The position numbers were made by a program, and so were the translations under genes. From the NCBI GenBank assembly GCA_040437565.1, contig JBDOQK010000008.1, positions 496,001 through 560,000 on the forward strand: a stretch of DNA of 64,000 nucleotides, given 5' to 3'. This document shows, piece by piece, positions 12,948 to 24,200 of the stretch (its first letter is position 1; each line of letters starts with the position of its first letter). The notes under the pieces are model-generated. The model searched no databases and was not told the DNA's origin. It saw only the letters and a list, made by a program, of their open reading frames with translations. The DNA is from Albugo candida. Its lineage: Eukaryota.

Positions 12948-14966
12948 TCAGCTTCTAGGAATGCATTGCTTCAGACATTCGAACCACGCCCTCGTTGAAT
13001 CCACAGAATCGGCAATAATAAGAAGTTTTTTTCGATTTGCAAATGTCACAAGGATCCCAAACTCCTGATCGTGTGATGCGGCTATATCGACGACCATACC
13101 GATAGGCGATAATTGATGGTTCACATCATCGGCACATCCCACGATGCCCTGCTCTAGAACATAGAATCGACGATGTAGCTCTGGTTCTTTACCGGGCTCT
13201 GACAATGATAGCCATCCAGCATAGATGATTGACTCATTGTGTCGTTTTCTTGTCATAATGTATCGCTTCAGTTGAGCTTGGGAGTGGTCTTGTGAGGCAG
13301 CATCTGCCAATATCTTTCGCCAATGACTAGCGCTCTGATATGATTCAAGGAATACCCGCCAGAGACGTCCACTTTGCAATTTGATGCGCAGACCATGAAG
13401 CTTGTCGTCCCAATTAGACACTGAAACTACTTTCTCACAATGCAGTAATCTCGACGTAGAATCACGTGCATATCCTATCTCGTCTCCATGCAAAGTGAAA
13501 TACTGCAGTTTCCATTGTCGAAGAAGTCCGACTTGTTTGTACATCCAGCCGGAATAATTGGGACAGAATGAGTCGATGAACGAGCTTCGAATCGAAGTGA
13601 TTCCCCCAGGATGTACTGAGCGATCTAACGACGAAATCGCTGCTGAAATTGCTGTATACCATAACATGTGATCATCGTACGATTCTGCTTGCACCAGCAC
13701 AGACACATTTTCCAGCTCAATACCTAATCCAAAATCAAAACCCTCCGCTATTGTAATCCCAGTGACGTATCCCGAGCATTCTTCATCGATTGCTCCACTC
13801 GAAAGAGACGATAAACTCACCGACTTGGCGTGCTGGAAACTCGCGGGGTCTTCGTCCTGAGGAAGCTCTCGACATGATAAATAGCCATCGCCTTGTCGGA
13901 TGTGAAAAATACATCTCTTCCATTGATGCGAGCGCTTTGTGATTGTTTTCAAGGGACTGTAGCGATTGAGTATGCCTTCGTGACTTTTGTTCGAATTACG
14001 GAAAGAGTACGCTGTGGGTGCATCGGATGCGGCGATTCGTTTCTCTCGATCAATCGCTTCCTCAATTGCTTTGATCCATTTTTGTGCCTGCCCTCCAGAC
14101 TCGCAGCACGCATTTAATGTAAAGTTTCGAGCTTCAAATACAAGACCATGAGCCTCTTGATCCCACGTTTTGATACATTTGAGCATTCCGATTGCTTCGG
14201 GTGTGTGTCCTGGTTTCTTGCTGTAACGTAGCTCCAAGCCCGATAAAATGACATAATACTGCTTCCAGCGAGAGCGATTCGAGCCATTTGCTATTGTAAG
14301 CCAACCGGAGCACGGTATGATCCCATTTTGTGCACGTTGGTTGTTAAACGACGAGAATCTTCTTCGAGTGGATCCAACAGGCATCATGCTTTCGGAATCG
14401 GTGTGTACACTTGCATAAGGCCTGAAGAGCGGAGGTAAAGGCTGCGGAAGCGATTGTCGTAAGACGTTGTCGCCATGAGAATCTTGTGTCTGATCTTCGT
14501 GCATTAAGTCTCTGATACGGAGGTCTTCTATAGTGCAAGGCACAGTACATCTCCGATTTGCGCTCCGAACTTTGCCTCCTGATGGCATAATAGCGACATA
14601 ATTCCCGGTTTGAACTGGAATACTGATAAGTGTTGGGTCCATCAACTTATCGGAATATGAGCTTCCAGAGGCGGTTTTCTCAAACGGAATGATCAAACTC
14701 TCTGAATGTACCGAATTACTTTCTTTCTCATTACGTAACTCCTCATGTTTCGAGATTATGTCGTCGTTATCCTCACGTAATGCCGCATTGTCAAACACAT
14801 GCATTCTCTCTGTAAAATTTGATGTTGGTTGTAAGAATGATGGTTTGTGCTCCAAGGAAGAAGTTGAAGTTGAAGCGGACACAGAACAAGGAGAAATCGT
14901 CGAGTTACCCACGCAAGACGGATCTGCAACCTGACTATTGTGCGGGATTTGTGTAAAAATATTCAT
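12948..14966 (-). CDS. Multi-PH-domain protein (about 4 PH domains), 672 aa
   Basis: Repeated PH signatures: CSGWLTI...WKQYYVIL...QKWIKAI; HEGIL...WKRCIF...LWYTAI; YSGWMYKQ...WKLQYFTL...HWRKIL; YAGWLS...RRFYVL...AWFECL. Confidence 0.85.
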   Translation of the reverse strand: MNIFTQIPHNSQVADPSCVGNSTISPCSVSASTSTSSLEHKPSFLQPTSNFTERMHVFDNAALREDNDDIISKHEELRNEKESNSVHSESLIIPFEKTASGSSYSDKLMDPTLISIPVQTGNYVAIMPSGGKVRSANRRCTVPCTIEDLRIRDLMHEDQTQDSHGDNVLRQSLPQPLPPLFRPYASVHTDSESMMPVGSTRRRFSSFNNQRAQNGIIPCSGWLTIANGSNRSRWKQYYVILSGLELRYSKKPGHTPEAIGMLKCIKTWDQEAHGLVFEARNFTLNACCESGGQAQKWIKAIEEAIDREKRIAASDAPTAYSFRNSNKSHEGILNRYSPLKTITKRSHQWKRCIFHIRQGDGYLSCRELPQDEDPASFQHAKSVSLSSLSSGAIDEECSGYVTGITIAEGFDFGLGIELENVSVLVQAESYDDHMLWYTAISAAISSLDRSVHPGGITSIRSSFIDSFCPNYSGWMYKQVGLLRQWKLQYFTLHGDEIGYARDSTSRLLHCEKVVSVSNWDDKLHGLRIKLQSGRLWRVFLESYQSASHWRKILADAASQDHSQAQLKRYIMTRKRHNESIIYAGWLSLSEPGKEPELHRRFYVLEQGIVGCADDVNHQLSPIGMVVDIAASHDQEFGILVTFANRKKLLIIADSVDSTRAWFECLKQCIPRS

Positions 14967-15847
14967 TTTGGTGGCTTCGAGGTGTGTACGTATCAGGCGT
15001 GTGTAACAAAATCGTTTGACCAGCCCCGTACTAGAATGTATGAGTCCGCAGTATGGAAGTGAATTTTTGCGTAGTTTGATTGCTGACTCTTATCGTTCTT
15101 TTTGATGTGGCACGTAGCACTAGGATGCGATTCACAGATTATTGTCAGAAAAACTTCTATACCTTGTTTTATACCTAGAAAGTATTGCAATTCACTCCCA
15201 TTGGTTTTGGCGGAGGAAAGGCTGAGATAGAGGTTAAGGGGACGCAGGAGAGGAGCTGGAAGGTCAGCGTGAGTGGAGTGAACCCATCGTATTCATTTTG
15301 ACAGAATATAATGTTCTATATTTCCACAAATTCTTNNNNNNNNNNNNNNNNNNNNNNNNNNNNNNNNNNNNNNNNNNNNNNNNNNNNNNNNNNNNNNNNN
15401 NNNNNNNNNNNNNNNNNNNNNNNNNNNNNNNNNNNTGAGTGGAGTGAACCCATCGTATTCATTTTGACAGAATATAATGTTCTATATTTCCACAAATTCT
15501 TAGCATTCGAATCCTGGCTAAAAGCACGTATGTCGTCTAAGCGGTGACATGTTTGGACGTACATCATAACCAAGAACAATTTCTGGTATCAGAAAGGCAA
15601 GTAGAGTCGATTGTACATCACAAAAATATTCACTTCGATGACGCAAAAGAATTCTCTCGTAATGAATACAATGAACTGATTCCTTCTCCTTCGTCCTTAG
15701 TGTGTCAGCAACTTCTGGACACAATAGAGAAGTTCACGTGGTACTATATCATATATCAGAATTCGCATATGATTCTCCTTTGTTACAAACGTGTCACAAA
15801 ACGGTCTTTACAGCACCTACTTTAGAGTTAATCTAGGACCGATATCG

Positions 15848-17401
15848 ATGGCGCACGTTCCGGATGACATTATCTGCAAGAACGATGTCTTTGACATCGA
15901 TTTTCACCCGCATCAGAATATCATCGGCGTTGCATGCATCACTGGTGCCGTTCAAGTGTACGTACTATCCTATGCTCAGCACGAGGTCATAATTCATCTC
16001 AATAGCGTTCGGTACGCACCGACCGAGAATCAGGATTTGCTTCATTTGAAGTATCATCAGGATGCGTGCAGAGCCATCAAATTCGACAGCTCAGGTCAAG
16101 GTGGGGATCTTTTTTGCATATATACGCCTTAAATTTGAGCATTACTGGCCGCATGGACAGCGCTACTAAGTGCTTCCAGCGATCGCTCTATTCGAGCATT
16201 CGACACGAATGGAAGCGCAATATGGGCAGAACTACGAGCTCACGAGTAAGTTCATGCGTACACAACTGTTTCCCATTGATACTGACCAAAATTAAGTGCT
16301 CCAATCAATCGCCTGGAAGAGGTCAGTAACAATGTATTTGCAAGTGGCGATGACGCTGGATGCATCAAGGTTCGCTTTCGCTTCTATTATACGGATGGTC
16401 CTCTATTCAGATTAATATGTGTGGGTGATAGCTTTGGGATATGCGTCAACATCGCCAAATTGTAGAGTGGAAAGAGCACACGGTTCGATGCTTCTTCAGC
16501 ATTTATTAGTTATTTTATCCAAATATGTTCCAATAGGATTACATCTCCGATTTTGCATGTAACGATGCTCAANNNNNNNNNNNNNNNNNNNNNNNNNNNN
16601 NNNNNNNNNNNNNNNNNNNNNNNNNNNNNNNNNNNNNNNNNNNNNNNNNNNNNNNNNNNNNNNNNNNNNNNNAGGATTACATCTCCGATTTTGCATGTAA
16701 CGATGCTCAAGATCACATTCTAGCAACAAGGTACACTTATTCTCCAATGAATGAACAGGAAACAGTACAGATGTCCTAATTTGTAGTGGCGATGGGCGTT
16801 TATCTGTGTACGACTTGAGAAAACATAAAGTGGCAGGGAAAAGCGATGAACTTGAAGATGAATTACTCTCAGTTTGTATCATCAAAAGTGGTTGGAAAGT
16901 TGTCTGTGGATCACAGGACGGTGTTTTGGTGATCTTTTCATGGGACACGTGGGGCGATATGTCGGATCGATTTCCAGGACACCCCGACTCGGTGGAAACG
17001 ATGCTCAAGATTGACGATGATACGATTCTTACTGGCTCATGTGACGGGATCATACGGTCAGTCATACACGTTTTCTCCACTTCTATTCCACTGTGATTGC
17101 TCGTGCTAGCATCGTACAAATATTTCCAAACAAATTGCTGGGGTTACTGGGCGATCATGAAGATTTTCCGGTGGAAGTGATAAAGTTTTCTCCGGACAAA
17201 CGATTGCTTGGCAGTGTGTCTCATGTGAATAAAGTTCATTTTTGGGACACAGCGTTTCTCTTCGAAGACGATCCAGAAAATGAGGATGCTGGTGAATCAA
17301 TGAGTGATGACGATGTCAGTGAAACAACTGCGCGGCCTGAAGCTTTACACAATCGGCAAGAAATGAAAAATGCCAACGAGGTTTTTTTTTCGGATCTATA
17401 G
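15848..17401 (+). CDS. WDR55: WD-repeat protein 55 / Jip5-like (multi-exon; start uncertain)
   Basis: DVFDIDFHPHQNII; SDELEDELLSVCIIKSGWKVVCGSQDG; WGDMSDRFPGHPDSVETM; PNKLLGLLGDHEDFPVE; C-terminal FFSDL. Confidence 0.85.
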
Positions 17402-17739
17402 ACGTGAAAAACATTGATCCAATCCATTGACAGCGCCGCTCATTCACTTTAACAGTGTTCGTGCATACATTTTGTATACGGGTGCCAAGCTCCGACTATT
17501 TCATGCCTAATATATCATCATTTCAGCTTTAGCCCGCGTTTGCATGACGGTAAGTCTCTCGTCTTCTATCAGCAGCCTCACTGGGCATAAGAATAGCGGC
17601 CTTATCTGCGTTGTGGCTAAATTAAGAATGTGGTTCGTACGAGGAGGAAGTCACACAAATGAGGTAAATATGAGTCTTAGGACCACGCCGATATGCTGTA
17701 CATTGCACGATCATTTTCAAAAACGACTGCGTGCGAATA

Positions 17740-20700
17740 ATGGATCGACACTTTGCTATTTTTCCGCTACCAGCTCCGACCGAGCTTTTTAATAAAGGTA
17801 GCTCTAAAGCAAGGTCAGTTCCCGCGCCAAGCTTGCTCGATGATGGTATTAGATCATTTTCAGGACCCGATAAAGCAGCTTTTATCTCGAGTGAGAAGGC
17901 TTTGCGTCGGATACGCATCAATGAGGCATCCGTAGAGCCGAGTGATATCAGCCTTCTGGCTACCAAACATGTTGTCAAGTGTCCCGACTCCAAGTCGATG
18001 CTTGTTAAAGCGGCGAGAAATCACTATCTACTCCGATTTTTGAATGAACGCGAGATTGCAGAAATGATTAATATTATGACGCAGACAACGATCCAGCCCG
18101 GGCAGAATATCATCACACAGGGATCACCGGGTCGCTGTTTTTATATACTCGAAAGCGGAGTATGCGAAGTTCTCATCAACAACAAACGCATCGGCTGGTA
18201 CAAAAATGGAGATGCCTTTGGAGAGCTTGCACTCTTATACAATTGTCCCCGTGCTGCCACAATTCGCTCTGTAGATGTGTGCATTCTTTGGTCAGTCGAT
18301 CGTACAATGTTTCGTAAAATCATTGCCACAACATCGGCGGAAGCACAAAATACCCGATACAATTTTTTGAAGAATGTCGAGCTGTTCAAAGCGCTCAATA
18401 ACGATCAACTCCATCTCGTAGCTTCTGCTTTGCGATTACACAGCTTTGAGAATGGCGAGTATATTCTCCGGCAGGGTGAGAAGGGAAATACATTTTACAT
18501 CATCATAGAAGGTCAAGTGAGCTGCACAGCAAGAGGTACAGGTGCTGACGATAATGAAAAACAGCTCATGATACTCGATCCAGGTTCTTATTTTGGTGAA
18601 ATGGCGCTAATGCTGAATGAACCCCGACAAGCTAATTGCATAGCCATCAGTGACGTCAAATGTTACGCTATGGATCAAAAACAATTCACGACTTTGTTGG
18701 GGCCTCTACATGCTTTGATCGATCGACAAATGCGTATTCGGGTTCTTCGAAGTGTTCCCTTACTTTCTTCTCTTAAAGACGATGAGCTTGATCTACTTGC
18801 TCACAATCTGAATGTCATTGTATTCGAAGACAACGATGTGATTATCGTTGAAGGCGATGACGCTGATACATTTTACATGATTTCGGATGGGATCGTCAGC
18901 ATACAGAGAGGCGATATCGAGATTTTAAAGCTTCATTCGGGAGAATTTTTTGGTGAGCGTTCTCTTCTATTCAATGAGCCTCGTGCTGCAACGTGTATCG
19001 CCGTCGGTCGAGTAGAATGTCTCACTTTGAATCGTACTACTTTCGAGAAGATGCTGGGTCAATTGGAGCACATCATGCAGCGCGAAATGAGAAGACAAGA
19101 GCGGATGCAAACATTCGCTTTCGATGGACTGAAACAACGTCAGCGTACGAATCGATCGTTGGGAATCAAGAGAAAATATGTGGAGCTGCAGGAATTAGAG
19201 AAAATTCGCATTATCGGCACGGGAACCTTTGGACGTGTCTATCTCGTCCATCATCCTCTGACAAATCAGGCTTTTGCACTCAAATGTATGCAGAAAGCGA
19301 ATATCGTTTCAAGCCAACAAGAACGAAGCATTTTGAACGAGAAATGCATTGTGTCGGAATGTGATCATCCATTCATTCTCAAACTCGTCGAGACGTTTAG
19401 TGACAAAGATCAGCTTTACATGCTCTTCAAACTTGTTCCTGGTGGCGAATTATGGTCACTTCTCTACCAGGATCCACCAAAAGTATCGCCAAAAGGACCT
19501 TCTGGGGCGTTCATAACATCAACTGCGAGGTTTTACGCAGCGAATGTCATTGAGATACTACGATATCTNNNNNNNNNNNNNNNNNNNNNNNNNNNNNNNN
19601 NNNNNNNNNNNNNNNNNNNNNNNNNNNNNNNNNNNNNNNNNNNNNNNNNNNNNNNNNNNNNNNNNNNNAGTGACAAAGATCAGCTTTACATGCTCTTCAA
19701 ACTTGTTCCTGGTGGCGAATTATGGTCACTTCTCTACCAGGATCCACCAAAAGTATCGCCAAAAGGACCTTCTGGGGCGTTCATAACATCAACTGCGAGG
19801 TTTTACGCAGCGAATGTCATTGAGATACTACGATATCTTCAAGAAGAGAACATTGCCTATCGGGATCTCAAGCCCGAGAATTTGGTTTTGGACGATATGG
19901 GCTATTTAAAATTGGTTGATTTTGGGTTTGCAAAACGTGTACCATACTACAAAGCCGGCTCCATCCACGAGAGATCATTCACATTATGCGGTACACCCGA
20001 ATATCTGGCACCCGAATTGGTGCTAAATAAAGGGCACGGGAAGGCTGTTGACCATTGGGCCCTCGGGTGCCTTCTGTACGAATTACTTGTCGGACGGACT
20101 CCATTTCATCACAAATCGCAGAGTAGAATCTTTGAGAAGATTCTTTTAGGGCGCGAGCATATCATCTTTCCATCTAGTTTCGATAAAGATGCCAAGGATC
20201 TTGTACTTGGGCTTCTAGAGCCAAATCCAGGATTGCGATTGGGATCGTTGGCTGGCGGTATGCAGGACGTAATGAAGCATTCCTTTTTCACAGGTTTTGA
20301 TTGGAATGCGCTCGTGGCGAAATCGTTAGTTGCTCCATACGTACCCGAAGTGAAGGATTCTCTGGACGTTCACAATTTCGACATTTACCCCGAGGACGGA
20401 GAAATTCTTCCATACAACGGGCCTGATGAATTATTTGATGANNNNNNNNNNNNNNNNNNNNNNNNNNNNNNNNNNNNNNNNNNNNNNNNNNNNNNNNNNN
20501 NNNNNNNNNNNNNNNNNNNNNNNNNNNNNNNNNNNNNNNNNCCCGAGAATTTGGTTTTGGACGATATGGGCTATTTAAAATTGGTTGATTTTGGGTTTGC
20601 AAAACGTGTACCATACTACAAAGCCGGCTCCATCCACGAGAGATCATTCACATTATGCGGTACACCCGAATATCTGGCACCCGAATTGGTGCTAAATAAA

Positions 20701-21117
20701 GGGCACGGGAAGGCTGTTGACCATTGGGCCCTCGGGTGCCTTCTGTACGAATTACTTGTCGGACGGACTCCATTTCATCACAAATCGCAGAGTAGAATCT
20801 TTGAGAAGATTCTTTTAGGGCGCGAGCATATCATCTTTCCATCTAGTTTCGATAAAGATGCCAAGGATCTTGTACTTGGGCTTCTAGAGCCAAATCCAGG
20901 ATTGCGATTGGGATCGTTGGCTGGCGGTATGCAGGACGTAATGAAGCATTCCTTTTTCACAGGTTTTGATTGGAATGCGCTCGTGGCGAAATCGTTAGTT
21001 GCTCCATACGTACCCGAAGTGAAGGATTCTCTGGACGTTCACAATTTCGACATTTACCCCGAGGACGGAGAAATTCTTCCATACAACGGGCCTGATGAAT
21101 TATTTGATGAATTTTAG
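17740..21117 (+). CDS. Cyclic-nucleotide-dependent AGC kinase with three N-terminal cNMP-binding domains (PKG-like architecture); true length about 812 aa after removing two overlap duplications
   Basis: Three FGE...PR cassettes (FGELALLYNCPRAAT, FGEMALMLNEPRQAN, FGERSLLFNEPRAAT), then GTGTFGRV, YRDLKPEN, DFGFAK and FTLCGTPEYLAPE. 19669-19838 repeats 19399-19568 and 20542-21110 repeats 19873-20441; collapsing them gives 2439 nt in frame. Confidence 0.93.
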   Translation: MDRHFAIFPLPAPTELFNKGSSKARSVPAPSLLDDGIRSFSGPDKAAFISSEKALRRIRINEASVEPSDISLLATKHVVKCPDSKSMLVKAARNHYLLRFLNEREIAEMINIMTQTTIQPGQNIITQGSPGRCFYILESGVCEVLINNKRIGWYKNGDAFGELALLYNCPRAATIRSVDVCILWSVDRTMFRKIIATTSAEAQNTRYNFLKNVELFKALNNDQLHLVASALRLHSFENGEYILRQGEKGNTFYIIIEGQVSCTARGTGADDNEKQLMILDPGSYFGEMALMLNEPRQANCIAISDVKCYAMDQKQFTTLLGPLHALIDRQMRIRVLRSVPLLSSLKDDELDLLAHNLNVIVFEDNDVIIVEGDDADTFYMISDGIVSIQRGDIEILKLHSGEFFGERSLLFNEPRAATCIAVGRVECLTLNRTTFEKMLGQLEHIMQREMRRQERMQTFAFDGLKQRQRTNRSLGIKRKYVELQELEKIRIIGTGTFGRVYLVHHPLTNQAFALKCMQKANIVSSQQERSILNEKCIVSECDHPFILKLVETFSDKDQLYMLFKLVPGGELWSLLYQDPPKVSPKGPSGAFITSTARFYAANVIEILRYXXXXXXXXXXXXXXXXXXXXXXXXXXXXXXXXXXSDKDQLYMLFKLVPGGELWSLLYQDPPKVSPKGPSGAFITSTARFYAANVIEILRYLQEENIAYRDLKPENLVLDDMGYLKLVDFGFAKRVPYYKAGSIHERSFTLCGTPEYLAPELVLNKGHGKAVDHWALGCLLYELLVGRTPFHHKSQSRIFEKILLGREHIIFPSSFDKDAKDLVLGLLEPNPGLRLGSLAGGMQDVMKHSFFTGFDWNALVAKSLVAPYVPEVKDSLDVHNFDIYPEDGEILPYNGPDELFDXXXXXXXXXXXXXXXXXXXXXXXXXXXXXXXXXXPENLVLDDMGYLKLVDFGFAKRVPYYKAGSIHERSFTLCGTPEYLAPELVLNKGHGKAVDHWALGCLLYELLVGRTPFHHKSQSRIFEKILLGREHIIFPSSFDKDAKDLVLGLLEPNPGLRLGSLAGGMQDVMKHSFFTGFDWNALVAKSLVAPYVPEVKDSLDVHNFDIYPEDGEILPYNGPDELFDEF

Positions 21118-21227
21118 ATTTTGTAATGATAGATCTCAACGCATACAGAAACTATTAGCCTTCATTGTTCTCTGTGTTTGTACGATCTTGTTTTCTTCCA
21201 TCCAAGTAGGCGCCCAGTTAACGTGTA

Positions 21228-24200
21228 ATGGCGACCAGAGAAGTATGGGCGTCTCGCCTATCCGACTTGACATTGAATGAAAATACGGATACTGAAGAAA
21301 TTCAAAAGGATCTACGCGCAGCTATTGAGAGTCTACAGGGCATTTTGCAACTACAGCGAACAAAAAAAAAGAGGAATAAGTCGATTGATGCTAATCTTGC
21401 AAGCAGGACGGAGCAGATCGCATGGTATGGTACGATAAGCAAACTACTCGATGAAGAGAGTCAAAAGGTCTTACGGTTTCTTCGCTCTGGAATGAATATG
21501 ACCGAGGAATACATCCCCTTCGATCAGCTTACTTTCAATCGATTGAGTTGGCTACAAATTCTACGAGCTGCAGGAAATGAGCTCGTTCAATCTCAAGAAT
21601 ACCGAGCCGCAAGACGATTCTTTTACGATCCGATGTATCGACTTCTTATCAAAAGTATCAAATCGATTGATCCAAAAACCACAATACTTTCCTCGATGGA
21701 AATCATGGGAATTGAGCTTTGCATCGACGCAATCTACAAGTCTGCGTACTGCCAATTCCAGGATGCTTTACCCTCTGATCGAGTCATTCGTCAGATAAGC
21801 ACGTACCACACGATATGTGAAGCGATCAGGTTGGCTCGGGAAGGACTCGAAATTGCTGTGAACGCATCACACTGTCAAGCAGACTCGATCTCAAAATCGG
21901 GTTTAAAGCACAAGTTTGCGTGGTTGGTGATGAATGGTATCCATTGGATAGTTTACATGGTGAAACAGCTCCAAAGCAGCACGGGTAGAAGCTTTATTGC
22001 CACTGGCGAAGTAGAAGCACATTCGGCGAAAATATACAGCGAGCAGGTTTTGGTTCCATTTCTTACATATTGTCTGCTTTGCATGGAATCTCAGCTTGTG
22101 TTATCAACAGTCCAATTCTTAAAGTATCGTATGTATCTCTATCAGCTGATTGTCGATATGTACCTTCGGCTATCTCAGGAAGCTTCCAGCTTGGAAATGA
22201 TAAAGAATTACACAACAGCGGCATCAACGTGTGTCAATCGAGCTGACAATAGCGTCAAACGCCTCCGTAAAGTCGAAGAGTATGATCTACCGCTTCCGTC
22301 TAATGTCGAAACGTGTCTGAAATTTGCCGAGTCGATCGTACGTTTCCTGATCGCACGCATCCGAGTCGCAGAATTCGGATGCGCTCAAGTTTTATTGAAA
22401 TTGGAGAAAAAAATACCGACAGAGAAATTGACAAAGGCTGAGAAAAATGACATTGCCACTTGGACCTTTACGGAAGAAATTGTGGGAAAAGTTTTATCAA
22501 TCGAAAGCGAAAAGATAATTGTTCTGATCGATCATCTTTGCAAACTGAATCTGGACAATCTGTCGAGCGATCCGTGGAAGCAGTGGCACAAAGCTTTGGT
22601 TTCGTATCTTTACAAAAGCCTTGATCCTTTTCTCAAATTATTCATTGAGAAGGTGAATGCAGGCACAGATAATGACGATGGGAAAGAGGCTGAGCGTAAT
22701 TTATCGCTCACGTTGCCAATTGTTTCGCATTTGTCGATTTTGGGACACTTTTACACGTCTCGGATGCTGACCGAGTTGGAAGTATTACTCCAAACGCTTT
22801 CTGCACGTCGCAGCATCTTATGCATTGATTCTATGGAAAATAGTATTGCCGAAAGAATTCAGCTAGAAATAACGATGTACAAATCACTTGATCGATTTGA
22901 GCAAAAGCTATCAGAAATGGAATTGGTTCATGACTCGATCCAAGTTGATGATTTCGAAAGTATTCAGAAGCATACAGTCGACATCTGCAGGGCGATCACT
23001 GCCTGTATCCGCTTTAGAAGCAAGCGCTGTCAATACAAGTGTGATGCTATCCCCTCCCATTTGAAAGACTGGCTGATTGACATTGCTTTGAATCTGTGGA
23101 AGAGATTCGAATGCTCCATTTGTTCGATTGCCAAAATGAACGAAAAAAATCAACCCACCAGTGAAAAGGAAGTAATGCAGCACCAAATCGGAAGAGATGT
23201 ACTCGTGACAATTCATGAAACCTTGACGGCAGTGAATTTTGACGACATGCCATTCCGGGCATCCATAACGCTACGCTTAGCTGTCCTTCTACATAATCAG
23301 CGCAATTTGACAGATGCTGCTCAATTGTTGAGAAATGAGGTCGGGAAAATTGGCTTGGAACGTGGTCGACTAATCATCAATTCGCATCAACGAAATCAAT
23401 CGGGTGATTCAAATTCACTTAAAAGAGACGTCGGGAGATCTTTCGGATGCGCGTACGAGGCTCTGGTGGCTTCCGAATACGATCTATACACACTCTTATT
23501 TCGAACGGAACTGGAAATCTTAGAAGGATCATCAAGGGATTCCTCATCGCAAAGTAGCGGGAAGTGCGATAATTCGACTGAGAAGATCTTGCGAAAGGAT
23601 ATTCGACACAATGGCTATCTCTCACACTCTTACTATTTGCAAAAACTTCATAATGTATGCACAAACGCGAAGCTGAGCTCTACAACGGATCAAAAGATTC
23701 TTGATTCGGCCTCCACCCTACTCAACGATCTTTATTTGAATCTAAAAGCGATAGAGAAACAAGAAGAGAAGCTGATACAAATTCCAATGTCGAATTCGGA
23801 CCTAAACAAGTCGAGAAATTGCGAGCATGTTACATCGCCAAGTAGGAGCAAAAGGCTTCTTCCTCCAAAGATTATTTGTCAAAGTAGCACTTCCGTGATT
23901 GTGCGATATCAGCCAAAGTGTGATGTCAATTGGACAGAGCACAAAGCAACCTGTGTAGAGTGCATCCCGTCCTATTACAAGCTTTATGGAGACGTTGCAA
24001 AAGCGAGCACGCGACTATCGATGAACAGCATAAGTCTACCTGGCACCGGAATCAGGCTACCGATTGATACCGTACGCTCGAAAGGGATTCAAATCTCAAG
24101 TCTCAACCCAAATGAGAAATATCTTTTCGCATTTGCAGCTTTTGACGACAAGAACGAGATTTTATTTGGAGGTATTGGCCATGCGCTTTCAGTTGTCGCG

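Noticed and set aside
19399-21110. Apparent duplicated kinase subdomains giving a 1128-aa protein
   Set aside because: Both repeats look identical and abut 100-N gaps; collapsing them restores a normal ~812-aa ORF. Assembly overlap.
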